Of a stretch of 64,000 bases of DNA, positions 51,945-63,654 are shown one piece after another. Every line of letters begins with the position of its first letter. Position 1 is the first letter of the stretch. The DNA comes from Octopus vulgaris (taxonomy: Eukaryota): positions 67,580,001 to 67,644,000 of the forward strand of contig OX597823.1 in the NCBI GenBank assembly GCA_951406725.2, given 5' to 3'. The position numbers were made by a program, and so were the translations under genes. The notes under the pieces are model-generated. The model ran no database searches and was not told the DNA's origin. It saw only the letters and a list, made by a program, of their open reading frames with translations.

Positions 51945-52572
51945 ATGTTTGGTCTTCACTTCAGCTTTATTATTATTATTTTTGTTTCTTTTGCAGCTGG
52001 ACAATGAATACATGGCTGTGTGGTAAGATGTTTGCTTCTCAACCACATGGTTCCAGGTCCAGTCCCACTGTGTGGCACCTTGGACAAGTGTCTTCTACAA
52101 TTGCCTCAGGCCAACCAAAGCCTGGTGTATTAAGGTGGTAAGCTGGCAGAATTGTTAGCATGCTGGGCAAAATGCTTAGCGGCATTTCGTCCATATTCAC
52201 GTTCTGAGTTCAAATTCCACCAAGGTCAACTTTGCTGTTCATCCTTTTGAGGTCAATAAATTAAGTACTAGTGAAACAGTGGGGTCAATGTAATCAACTA
52301 GTCCCCTCCCCAACAAATTTCAGGCCCTGTGCCTTTCATAGAAAGGATTATTTTTACTTCTTTGTCAAAGCTCTTTCATCACACATCCTGTGACCTTCTC
52401 AGCAACACTTTATCTCACATGTCTCTTCTTGGACTAAATGGACTAAGCAGAACAAAAGGGGACGCATGGGATAAAGAGTCACTGAAGAGGTCACAAGATG
52501 TGTGATGAAAGAACTTTGACAAAGAAATTAAAATGATAATAATAAAGCTGAAGTGAAGACCAAATACATAGC
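51945..52572. repeat. Foldback element, left arm interrupted by two SINEs
   Basis: 51948-51990 plus 52355-52430 is the reverse complement of 52455-52565 (TTTGGTCTTCACTTCAGCTTTATTATTAT; TTCTTTGTCAAAG.TCTTTCATCACACATC.TGTGACC). Confidence 0.8.
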
Positions 52573-52730
52573 ATATGTATTTAATTGGTAAAATATGAAC
52601 ATCACCAAGTGTAACATTAAAAGTATGAAACATTTCAGCTAAAATGTGATTGAAAGATTATTGAACTGATTTGGACATATGACGCAAATGAGTATTTGGG
52701 TGAAATTATGTTGTATACTAATTAATAAAC

Positions 52731-53309
52731 CAATGGTTCTCAACCAGTTTTTTACCTATGGATCCCTTTGATTACTACTTTATTCTGGTGGAATTCCCCA
52801 CCATCACAACCACCGTAGCCATTCAATGTTTAAAAATTAGTTTTACAGATACTTCTTTCAAAATTCCTACTATACTTTTCACACATTAACTTGTGTAGGT
52901 TGAACTATGTAAAATGTTAGAGTAGTGATTCCCCAACGTGTGGTCTGTGGACCTCTGGTGGTTCACAAAGTTAGTACTGGGGGTCTGTGAACTAGATTCA
53001 AAATTTCATATATATACACACACACACACACACATACATATATATGTACATAAAGATAAGCACACTAAATGGGGTCTGTGAGAAAATTCATTTAAATACA
53101 AAGGGTCCTTGGTAGGGTAAAGATTGAGAACCATTGCATTAAAGAAAGAAAGTTAGCTGTTTCTTGCAATAAATACACCAAAATCAAAATTTTTCATGAA
53201 CACTTAACATACTACTGTAGATTTCCAATTTATAATTTTGCTAGTGTGGGCACCGCAAAATCTTAAATAGAGCTCCAGGCGTCATATGGACCCCAGTTGA
53301 GAACCACTG
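52731..53309. mobile_element. hAT-type MITE with a nested hAT MITE (52923-53136)
   Basis: Outer TIR CAATGGTTCTCAAC / GTTGAGAACCACTG. Inner TAGTGATTCCCCAAC / ATTGAGAACCATTG, with 8-bp TSD TGTTAGAG (right copy intact only in the inverted duplicate near 55843-55850). Confidence 0.8.
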
Positions 53310-53921
53310 CTATAAAGGAAGGGCACTCATGGAAGGGAGAGCTAGGAAACAGAGTTGTAGTGGTGTCACATCTTAGATTCATTGAAGATATTATGGAAAA
53401 CTTTGAAGGTAATATGTTATGAATATATCAGAATGTTGGTGACACTATTGATGGCTGATCTAAGATACCTTTTCTCTTTCTGTATAAAATTAGTATTTGT
53501 GTGTCAGTGTGTGGTAGTAAGAAAGTAATGGTGGTGGTGATGGCAGTGGTTGCAATGGCCGCAGTGGCCATGGTGGCTGTGTTTATTGGGTCAATGGAAC
53601 ATTTCTGATTTTCCAGCCTTGATATGGTGAGTAAAAGAAAGGAAAATACTGAATGGATTTTTCTATTGCGTTTCTACACCCACAGGTTAACTAAGAAAGA
53701 AGCTTCAATGTGGTCATTCATTCAGCTAGAAATAGCAGCTAAGTCACCTATAAAGCATACATGACCATCTAAAAAAAAAGGGACACAACAGATAATGTAG
53801 TCTTAGATATAATTTTCATTTTTAATAAAAATGGGATAGTGATGGAAGATTCACTTTTAATCACTTGTAAAAAAAACATACATACATACATGCATCCACC
53901 CATCCATCAATACATACATAC

Positions 53922-54790
53922 AGCAGCTGTCCTAATATGTTGTCGCGGTACTACCCCCCTATGTGGCACAATGTTGTTGTTAAAACAATTTACAATGCCA
54001 TCCACAAAAAAGACTGTCCTGAAATAAAGTTAGAAAATCCCTCTATTATGGAATACATTCATAAACACCAATTCAAGGAATACTAGTGAAATATTCCCAT
54101 CAAAACTTCTGTCAAATGTATACACAGCAGGCTGGATATTGTTGTTTGGGACTGAGGGGCAAAGGTATGTACCATCATAGAGGTCAGCTGCCCTACAGAT
54201 ATAGGTATCTGTTTGAAAATCAAAGAAAAAGAAGATATCTATGGACAACTGCTTTGAAACCTCCAGCTTCTATATCCAGACTATGAATTCTGGAGCACTA
54301 GGCTTTGTTAATAAATGCTTAAAGGAGAATCTGGATAAACTGGGATTTTCAGAAAGAGAAACTGACTGGCTAATTCATACATTACAAGTGCAATCTGTGA
54401 GTGGAACAGTAAAAATATTCAAGACTTTTTTCAAGCTCCAAATGTGATTTTGTTTGTGTTAACTACATCCCAGAGATGGGATCTTGTATCTTTGTTGGAA
54501 ACCGGCTCCCTCCTCAGGGGAAGATTTATAATAATTAAAAAATAGAAGAGACATACATACAGGGGCCCTGGGATATGTAACACACTGCTTAAATACCAAT
54601 TTTGAGAAATTAGGCATCTCAAAACCTGAAAGGAGAAAGCCAATTTGAAGACTACAGATCCAGCCCATTACGGGAATTGCTACAATTTGTAAAACTTTCC
54701 AGAAGTTTATCATTTAAATATATATGAACATGTCTAGATATGCAACTATATGCATGAGAATACATACATAAAACAAAACATACAAATCTG
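53922..54790 (+). mobile_element. R4-clade non-LTR element 3' part (restriction-like endonuclease) inside (TACA)n
   Basis: SCPNMLSRYY..WHNVV..IKTSVKCIHSRLDIVVWD..CTIIEVSCPTD..KIKEKEDIY..GALG..SVSGTVKIFKTF*, a degenerate CCHC end plus PD-(D/E)xK RLE. (TACA)n on both sides. Confidence 0.8.
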
Positions 54791-54804
54791 CACACATACA
54801 TACA

Positions 54805-54838
<34 letters not shown>

Positions 54839-54884
54839 CATACATACATACATACATGCATGCATGCATGCATACATACATACA

Positions 54885-54997
54885 CCGTTGTTGATGTTGA
54901 AATTCCAATGAAGGAGCCTTGAATCTAGGTTAGAAACGGACTCTTTTTCTATTGGCAAGAAATCTTGAAATAAAACTGAACAATGACATACATACAT
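54885..54997 (+). mobile_element. Second short 3'-end fragment of a related (TACA)n-associated element
   Basis: GTTAGAAACGGACTC..GGCAAGA parallels GTTGGAAACCGGCTC..GGAAGA in the upstream 3'UTR; ends in CATACATACAT. Confidence 0.5.
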
Positions 54998-56070
54998 CGT
55001 AATCCCGTGTGGAGGGCAGATGTTATGGTGCAACCATTTTCATGAAGTTCATCATGTACAATGGAATAGGTGCATTCAATTGGGATGTCTTTAGCTGGAG
55101 TTTTGTTACCAACTTTGAAAACAAAAGCTCTTTATGTGCTTGGCTTCCTTCTGTATAGAATGGATAAAATACCTTCAAAGTTTTCCATAATATCTTCAGG
55201 AGTGGCTGTGTGGTAAGTAGCTTGCTTACCAACCACATGGTTCCGGGTTCAGTCCCACTGCATGGCACCTTGGGCAAGTGTCTTTTACTATAGTCTCAGG
55301 CCGACCAAAGCCTTGTGAGTGGATTTGGTAGACGGAAACTGAAAGAAGCCTGTCGAATATATACGTATATATATATATATATGTGCGTGTATTTGTGCCT
55401 GTGTTTGTTCCCCCAGCATCGCTTGACAACCGATGCTGGTGTGTTTACGTCCCCGTAATTTGGCGGTTTGGCAAAAGAGACCGATAGAATAAGTACTAAG
55501 CTTACAAAGAATAAGTCCTGGGGTCGATTTGCTCGAATAAAGGCGGTGCTCCAGCATGGCCACAGTCAAATGACTGAAACAAGTAAAAGAGTAAAAGAAT
55601 CTCAGTGACCTGAGATCTGACACCACTATAACTCTGTTTCCTAGCTCTCCCTTCCATGAGTACCCTTCCTTTATAGCAGTGGTTCTCAACTGGGGTCCAT
55701 ATGACACCTGGAGCTCCATTTAAGATTTTGCAGTGTCCACACTAGCAAAATAATAAATTGGGAATCTACAGTAGTATGTTAAGTGTTCATGAAAAATTTT
55801 GATTTTGGTGTATTTATTTACAAGAAACAGCTAAGTTTCTTTCTCTAACACAATGGTTCCCAATCTTTTCCCTACCAAGGACCCTTTTTATTTAAATGAG
55901 TTTTCTCACAGACCCCATTTAGTATATATGTATGTGTGTGTGTATATATATATTTTATGCGTACTCCATATGAGCTATCTTTCACATAAACAGAGGCAAA
56001 AGTTTTATTGCAAACAAGGGTTACAACCGCCATACTTACATCCAATTCTTTCTTACTTTAGTCTCTGTTT
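54997..56070. repeat. Patchwork of inverted local duplications
   Basis: 54997-55169 = rc 57022-57194. 55170-55198 plus 55597-55950 = rc about 53008-53411. About 55950-56070 = rc 51124-51246. Confidence 0.85.
55199..55596 (+). mobile_element. Young family B SINE, full length, inserted in the patchwork
   Basis: Near-consensus and CpG-rich; splits the inverted copy of 53008-53411. Confidence 0.9.
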
Positions 56071-56580
56071 AATACATACATACATACATACACACATACA
56101 TACATACATACATACATACACACGTATGCATTTCCCATGACAGTAGGGAAACGGCAGGATTGCAAGTTCACAAATGTCTTGGATTCAAATATATCATAAC
56201 GCTTCTATGTTTATTTGGAGCACAACACTTTATACAAAAGGTCAACTCTCCCGAGTATTAAGAAAAAATATTGGATCACTCATAATAAGGTGAAATAGCT
56301 CAACCTAACATGAATCTCACCGGTCTCCGATCTTTAACTACAGCAAACTCACCGGTCCCAGTGAGCCTGCAAAGGTCATAGGTACTGCCCCTTCCTTCAG
56401 ACTTTACAAGTGACAAAAGAAAAGTAAAAATTTTATCTACGTCTTTTTCTTCTCTCCGCTCCATTTATTCATGCTCGTACAAGAATTTGAATCAAGATTT
56501 ACTTCCCTTACATCACTTGTACAAGTTATGTCCCTTGCATAATTCTAACATTTGCAGCACATTGTTCAATTGTTTAATAA

Positions 56581-58411
56581 CATTGACCAACATGATATTT
56601 GGTGCCAAGCAACAAAATACGTTTTTTTAGCTAATTTGATGGTGCTGATTCTTAGCTTTTCATGGTTAGCTACCATTTTTGCTACACTGAAATTACTCAT
56701 TTTTGGAAAAAAGATCAATTTACGATTTTGGCTGACTGCAAAATTTAGTTTAAAAAAGGTAGTAGGAACCTATAAATTTTCAGGTAGGGCGAGTAATTTA
56801 TGTCAGCCACCTGAAATGAACTATTTTTATAAGAAAAAATGTGTTTTTGAGTCAAAACTTTTTAAATAGAAGTACCGAATTTTTCTAATTTATTGCCAAA
56901 ATTCAAATTAACCGATAAACTTTATCAGTAATACACTTTAGTAAACCTGATAATTAAGGTGACATAAAAAAGATGAAACCCTAAAATATTCTGTTTGATA
57001 TTCATAAATTTATCCCATCACTTTTATCCATTCAATACAGAAGGAAACCGAGCACATTAAGAGCTTTTGTTTTCACAGTTGGTAACAAAACTCCAGCTAA
57101 AGACATCCCAATTGAATGCACCTATTCCATTGTACATAATGAACATCATGAAAATGGTTTCACCATTACATCTACCCTCCACGTGGGATTACGAAGATAC
57201 AAAGTAGAATCAGCTTAACAACTCTTTCCAGCTTTTATTATTGACACCTTTACGAGTCTTTCCGTAGGACATTAACAAAGACCTAATGTAAATGCTCAAC
57301 AACTCATGTTCTTTTTTAATCATAGAGATAGATATCAAATGACATGTCTTCAATGAGAAGATGCAAAAATTATCCCAACTTATTTTGCTATACATGTGGT
57401 GAGTTCACACCGAAAGCCAGCAGGAAACCAATATCTGACTTTTACAAGAAAGCCTATCGTGCTTACTTTCATGTCGAGCCTGGTGATCAGGACAAATCAT
57501 AGGCCCCTCGCATTGTTTGCAAGACATGTCTGGAACACATGAGACAGTGGACTTCAGGTACACAAAAATCACTGAGATTCGCTATTCCTATGATCTGGTG
57601 TGAGCCAAAGAACTACTCTGATGAATGTTACTTCTGCTGTCAGTGTTGTGGGACTGAACCAAAAGAAATGCAGATTTATCGACTATCCCAGTCTTCATTC
57701 TGCTATTTGACCAGTGCTACATTCAGATGATTTGCCAATCCCAGTTTTTCATGGAAATTTGTTGAAACTTGTTGAAAGTGACGAGTCTGATACTGGTGTA
57801 AATGAGAGGCACAGTGGATAATTGCGGCAAAGTGAGTTATGAACAAGGAGAATGTTTCCATCGGGATATCAAAACAATGGAAGAGCGCTACCAGGGACAG
57901 CGGAACAAATGAATGATGGCTGACTACTGCTGGAGTATCAAAAGGGACTTAAATAACATTGAACATGACAGACAATCAAGGAAGAGAAAATTTTTACCAT
58001 AGTTCTTATGTTCACGAAGGTTTTATTTCTGCTGTTAGTTTATCTAATGATTTGATGAAAACACTTGGTCTTGGTATATTCAATCGTGATATTTTCAAAG
58101 ACTTAGGGTTTGATTGTTATTGTGAAAATAGTATTTCTCAATAAGCAGACCAATATTTGTTGTTTTAAATATGAATTGAGAAGTTTCTACAATTTTACTT
58201 TGAGAAACATTACCATCAATCAATATCAAATATATAGAAAACAAATGAAAAAAATGCTTTTTTTTCCAAAAATGAGTCATTTCTGTACAGCAAAAACGGT
58301 AGCTAACAAAGAAAAAGTAAGGTCATTTTCAGATTCAGCACCCTTAAATTAGCTTAAAAAGATGTTTGGTGTCTCGACACCATTTCAAAAATTTTTTTTT
58401 GTTGGCCAGTG
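56581..58411 (+). mobile_element. Chapaev3-like (CMC) DNA transposon, internally deleted
   Basis: TIRs CATTGACCAACA.. / ..GTTGGCCAGTG with TAA/TTA flanks. Transposase remnants FCYTCGEFT..YFHVEPGDQDKS*APRIVCKTC..PMIWCEPKNYSDECYFC and EQGECFHRDIKTMEERYQG..MMADYCWSIKR. Superfamily assigned from memory of these motifs. Confidence 0.75.
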
Positions 58412-59459
58412 TTATTGCTATTTGAGTTCACAAGACAGTTGAACTTGACACTCCCGGTTTTTGTTTTGGCCCAGATCAAGCTTTGTCGGACAAGACCTAG
58501 TATCAGGGGAATTCTAGCCAGGACCATCATCCTTTTATTAAATCTCACTGTAGCCATTATCACATTATTCAATATTTTAAACAGTAGGAAGATTTAGCTG
58601 CTGTCAGGTTGAGCAACAGTGTAGTTATCACCACATTCGATCCTATGCTTTCATTTCAAATTTTCTGTCATTTTATTAATCAATTATTTCTAGGTAATCA
58701 AAAGTTTCATATTTCAAAATGCTACTATTTTAAAGAAAAAATAATATTTTTAGAGGAACGAGGTTTTCAGAGAATTATCAGTAGGAGTAGGGGAAAAAAT
58801 TAAATTCATGTTATCAAAAATAATTTCAATGGTTCAGATTGTTGTACAGTTTATTTATGTAATATATAGTTAATTGCATTCCAATAAGTTAGTCTCTGGT
58901 GAAGTAGCAGAGCAAAAACCATAAATTTTCTAGCTGCAAGCTAATGTAGTTCATAACGTAATTGGTTATTCCTTTGTCATTCTAATTTCTTATGTAATAT
59001 ATATAATGTGTGTGTGTGAATAAAGAATGTATAATTTTAGGTATGAATATATTTTCACTAATGAGACTGATAGAATAAGTACTAGGCTTACAAATAAGTC
59101 CTAGGGTCGATTTGTCCACCTAAAACCCTTCAAGACATTGTTCCAGCATGGCTGCAATCAAATGACAATAACAATAAAAGAATATCAGAGAATAAAAAGA
59201 CCAGTGAAACAAATAACAAACTATGCTCTTGAGGCAAAGTTCTTTGTGATATATAGTCTACACCAAATTACAAACACACTTTTCTGTCACTCTCTGCATC
59301 ACAAATACAGGGAAGCAGTGATAAGCAGAATCTACAGCTAATGATGTTATTGTTCACTGGTTGCCAGATAAAATAAGTGGTAGAAAGGGAAACTTTTCCA
59401 TCACGGTTCTATTCACAGCTAGGATGATTTATATTCTGACAAAGTGTACTAGATGTCTT

Positions 59460-59683
59460 CTTTATGCAGCCACAACCATGCCAAATGCTTGTTAGCCTTG
59501 GTAAACCTCAATTTCATGTTGTGTCTCTGTTAATAACATCAATGTACATGAATAGTCTTTATCCACCGTCAGGACAAGGAAGTCTCCAAAATATTACATC
59601 CAACATGGTCTTAAATTCATCCAACAGCAATGGCCCAAAAAGCCGATTCAGCATTGAGCAACAATAGTTGAGATGGGTGGAAT
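59460..59683 (-). mobile_element. Old RTE LINE C-terminal fragment
   Basis: IPPISTIVAQ..FLGHC, MLDVIFWRLPCP, YIDVINRDT. Confidence 0.55.
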
Positions 59684-60349
59684 CATCATCATCACTTAAC
59701 ATCCATTTTTCCATGCTGGCATGGGCTGGACAGTTTGACCAGAGTTGTGTTGGTTTGTTTATGTCCCTGTAACTTAGAGGTTCAGCAAGAGAGCCCAATA
59801 GAGTAAGTATCAAACTTTAAAAAAATTAAGTACTGATGTTGATTCATTTGACTTAAAACCCTTCAAGGCATTGCTCTCACATGGCCACAGCCTAATGGTT
59901 GAAACAAGTATAATATAAAAGATAAATAAGATAAGTTCACTTTAAAAAGACATCCCTAATATTTTCAAGTTTTGTTTTCATCTTTTGGTCAGAATTTAAG
60001 GCAATGCCCTTCACCTTTTACAGAGCTATCAAGAAAGGGAAAGAGGAGAGTATCCTCAAGCTGGAGATCTGGTCTGTCAACATGAAAGAAAGCAGCCTCC
60101 ACTAAATGCATCCAAAGTACCAGGTGTTAAACTAGGCAACTGAATAAGTCTACCATTCAAGTAGGCCATAACAGGATTTGAAACCAAAATGCAAAGGGCT
60201 GGAACAAATATGGTGAGGTATCCAAGTGGACAGTTCTACCTATCACCTAGATTGCTACTTTTTCACAAACCCCGCAAATTTGACCTCAGAGCATAGAGTG
60301 CCAAAAACAAATACTGCAAGATATTCCTCTGACAGGAACGATTCTACCT

Positions 60350-60708
60350 TTGGTGGCGAGTTGGCAGAAACGTTAGCATGCCGGGCGAAATGCTTAGCGG
60401 TATTTCGCCTGCCGCTACATTCTGAGTTCAAATTCTGCCATGGTTGATATAATCGACTTAATCCGTTTGTCTGTCCTTGTTTGTTCCCTCTGTGTTTAGC
60501 CCCTTATGGGTAGTAAAGAAATAGGTATTTTGTCTGCCACTACATTCTGAGTTCAAATTCCGCTGAGGTTGACTTTGCCTTTCATCTTTTCAGGGTTGAT
60601 TAAATAAGTACCAGTTACGCACTGGGGTCGATATAATCAACTTAATCCGTTTGTCTCTCCTTGTTTGTCCCCTCTGTGTGTAGCCCCTTAAGGGCAGTAA
60701 AGAAATAA
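60350..60708 (+). mobile_element. Family A SINE partial dimer with a single TSD
   Basis: Internally deleted first unit plus 5'-truncated second unit, flanked by 15-bp GGAACGATTCTACCT (60335-60349 and 60709-60723). Confidence 0.85.
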
Positions 60709-61789
60709 GGAACGATTCTACCTATTCATAGCCTTTCCCAATCTCTGTCATCTATTGCATAAAATAAAGCTTTCAGATCAATAGTTGTAAGGGAGAGAAT
60801 CATCTTTCTAGGAGTCAATTTTATCTTATTTTCCCTTGAGTGAAATAGATTTAAGTTTATTGTAATTAAGCATGTCTTATATAATCTTTATAGGTTTAAA
60901 TAGCTTTCCCATTCCACTCATAAAGTCCTTAATATTTGTATATAATCACTATTTCGATTGAGCTGAATCTCTTCATCATGAAGTAGGTAAGGAAGAATGT
61001 TCAGAGATTTATTATTGTTAATCTTTTAATTACTTTACAGTAAAGAAATAGAAAAATCTTTTGGCAAAGTGAGAGAGATAGGAAAGATGTATGATGAAAG
61101 CATTTCACTTAAAGAAAGTCTTTTTTTCATGGTTCAATACTTGCATAGAAACAGTTGTGAAGTTAATTTTAGATTGACATATAAACTTGTTGTTAAATTT
61201 ACGTACACGTTAATATATTACCAGGAGTTTTGCATTAAAGATATAAATAATATTCTTCTATTGATTTCAAGAATTAAACTCTGTCCTTACTGGGTCACTG
61301 CCTTCCATGGCATAGTTGAGTAAATCAAGTACCATTGGCATAGTTGATTAAACCAAGTACCATTTTATCCACTTGTTCTAATTTTATTGATATCAGAGGG
61401 AGGGAGGGAGGGAAGCCTAAGTCAATCTGGACAGGATTTGAACTTTCAAAATTCCAATATAAAGGACCATAATCTGATACCACAAAATAATTTGGTTAAC
61501 ACTCAAATGAATCTTAAAATCCACTTGTTGTTTGTCTTAGACTTTAATTTCTTTTTAATAGTTCATTTTAAGAAAATATAATTTCTCATTAAAAATTACT
61601 TGTCAGCCAGAATCAGTAGGTTAAATTGATTTTTATTAAAAAGTTATTAAGGTCAAAAGGACAAAATTTATATTTGAAATAAAAAAAAGATAACTATAAT
61701 TTAGAATTTCTAATATGTAGAACGTTTACCATTTTAATAAAAAGCCACAATTTTTAATAATTCATCATTATCAGTCAAAGGCTAGAGAG

Positions 61790-62340
61790 ACCATATGTGT
61801 ATAGTTTGAGATACAGCCCTATCTCCCCATCTTTCCTAGTCATTGGCCAACCTCCATTATCTTCCATTATCTTCTTCTTTCTCCATTTCTTAATGATGCT
61901 CAACCAACCTCTACATGATCATTTTATATTTCTTTTGCCAAGGGTTTATTCACGCACAACAATATTTGCCAGAGGTAAAATGTCATAATGTCGTGATACG
62001 TAAGCAAACCACTTAATTCTCCATTTTTTAACAATTCACAAATTTCCTTCATAACACTTTCATAGCTTCAATGTTCTATAAATGGAACATGAGGCATCTT
62101 TCTTTAGCATTTCATTTCAAAAGCCATGATCTTTTTTTCTCACTTTCAGTATCCAATATCCATGATGTACATCCATAAAAAGTTGTTGAAATGATTGCTG
62201 CTCTTCAAAAAGAAATTAATGCATTTTTGTTGTTATTTTCCTCTTTTTAGATTTCCAAATGAAATAAGACATAACTTGAAAATTTGCAAAAACTCATAAA
62301 TAAAGAAGTCTTCAATTATTCTTGCAGAAATATAGCCCTT
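61790..62340 (-). mobile_element. Old RTE LINE RT C-terminal fragment
   Basis: IISTTFYGCTSWIL, IMAFEMKC*RKM, RIKWFAYVSRH, GWLSIIKKW. Confidence 0.7.
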
Positions 62341-62461
62341 TTTTTTTATCTCCAGATCCTTGCAAAATCTCTGACTACAAGCTAACCCTCTCATATGGTT
62401 GCTTTCAAAACTTGTCCTATTAGTTTGAAGCCAAAATCATATATGTATATATGTATATATG

Positions 62462-63654
62462 TATATATTTTAAATGATTGATACAGAAGACAGAGTACAG
62501 CTAGAAGCTTTATTAGCACAACAATCATCTCAGCTTCGTTCTGCACTGCTCCCTAGTGGATGTGGGACGATGTAATGACATCAGATGCAACACACAGTGC
62601 AGGGAGCTTCATCAGGTAATGTAACATGCTTCAAAAGTTATAAGATTTACATTTCGTTTTCACTCCAAGATTGTATGCTGGTGGTGAGTTGCTAGCAGTT
62701 CAGGCACATTTTGGTGAAGTGAGGAAGTTGTGGTCAGGAAGTTTTTGATAAAAAAGTAAAGAAAATAAAGAATCTAAAGTAAATGGGGGGGGGGGGTGCT
62801 AAAAAAATTAAAAATACAAAAGAATGTAATGTAAATGGGGGTGGGTTTTATGGTATTGAATTCTTGACCACACTGTTGTGATGTTGTTGTTGTTGTTAAG
62901 CAACAAGACAGGTAAGGGTGATTAGGTGATGGTCTAGGGCTTAGGGGCGGGAGACCCCAGACCTTGGAAAAAAAAAAACTTTGGTCGTCTTGTTGTAGTT
63001 GAGGGCTCTTCGTTGACACCCGACACCACTGGGAGGTGGCCCTCAAAGTCACTGGAAATAGAGATTTCCAGGTCCAAATTCTTGAATGGCCACTATTGTG
63101 CTTGACCGCCCTAGCCAGCCAACAAAAGTCTCCACAGCTATAGGAGTTCAATCCAATGCCTTAAACACACACGCACACACATGCCATTTACATTACATTC
63201 ATTATATTTTTATTACTTTTTTATCAACCACTTCTTCACTACAACTATAAAAACATACCACACATTTACTTTAGACCCTTTATTTTTTTTATCAACAACA
63301 TCACAACATCATCACTTCACCAAAATGTGTCTGAACTGCTAGCTTGTTCAATTGCCCCTCCTTCTAAAATAATGTCTAATCTGAATCTTTTTGAACATAA
63401 TAATGCTCTGAACTGAGAGAGTCTGTGTGCTTGCAATTTAGCCAACATCTAATCTTGGAGTGAAAACAAAATGTAAATCTTAAAACATTTGAAACATGTT
63501 ACATCACCTGATGAGGTTCCCTGCACTGTGCATTGCATCTAATATCATCCCACACCCACTATGGAGCACTGCAAAATGAAGCTGAAACAATTGTTGTGCT
63601 AAATAAAGCTTCTAGTTACACTCCATCTTCTGTATCAATCATATAAAATATATC
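62462..63654. mobile_element. Foldback element with about 300-370-bp inverted arms, each carrying a hammerhead (Penelope-like inverted pLTRs)
   Basis: 62462-62760 is the reverse complement of 63280-63654 (right arm has about 90 bp extra). CTGATGA at 63508-63514 (+) and 62609-62615 (-). Confidence 0.8.
63505..63598 (+). ncRNA. Type I hammerhead ribozyme with extended stem II
   Basis: CAC-CTGATGA-[GGTT..TGCACTG..CACTGCA..AGCT]-GAAAC-AATT-GTT-GTG. Core intact, palindromic stem III, short stem I. Confidence 0.6.

Noticed and set aside
54997-56070. Processed (spliced) retrocopy interpretation of the patchwork
   Set aside because: Segment A is followed by GT in its source, but B has no AG acceptor and the B/C join lies in ATAT microhomology. 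There is no poly-A tail.
60024-60123. Possible plus-strand exon (CTTTTACAG|AGCTATC..CCAG|GTGTTA), 33 open codons
   Set aside because: Weak donor, no recognisable protein motif, no supporting neighbouring exons.
62774-63151. 125-aa ORF in the foldback spacer
   Set aside because: Non-ATG start, low-complexity end, no RT or endonuclease motif.
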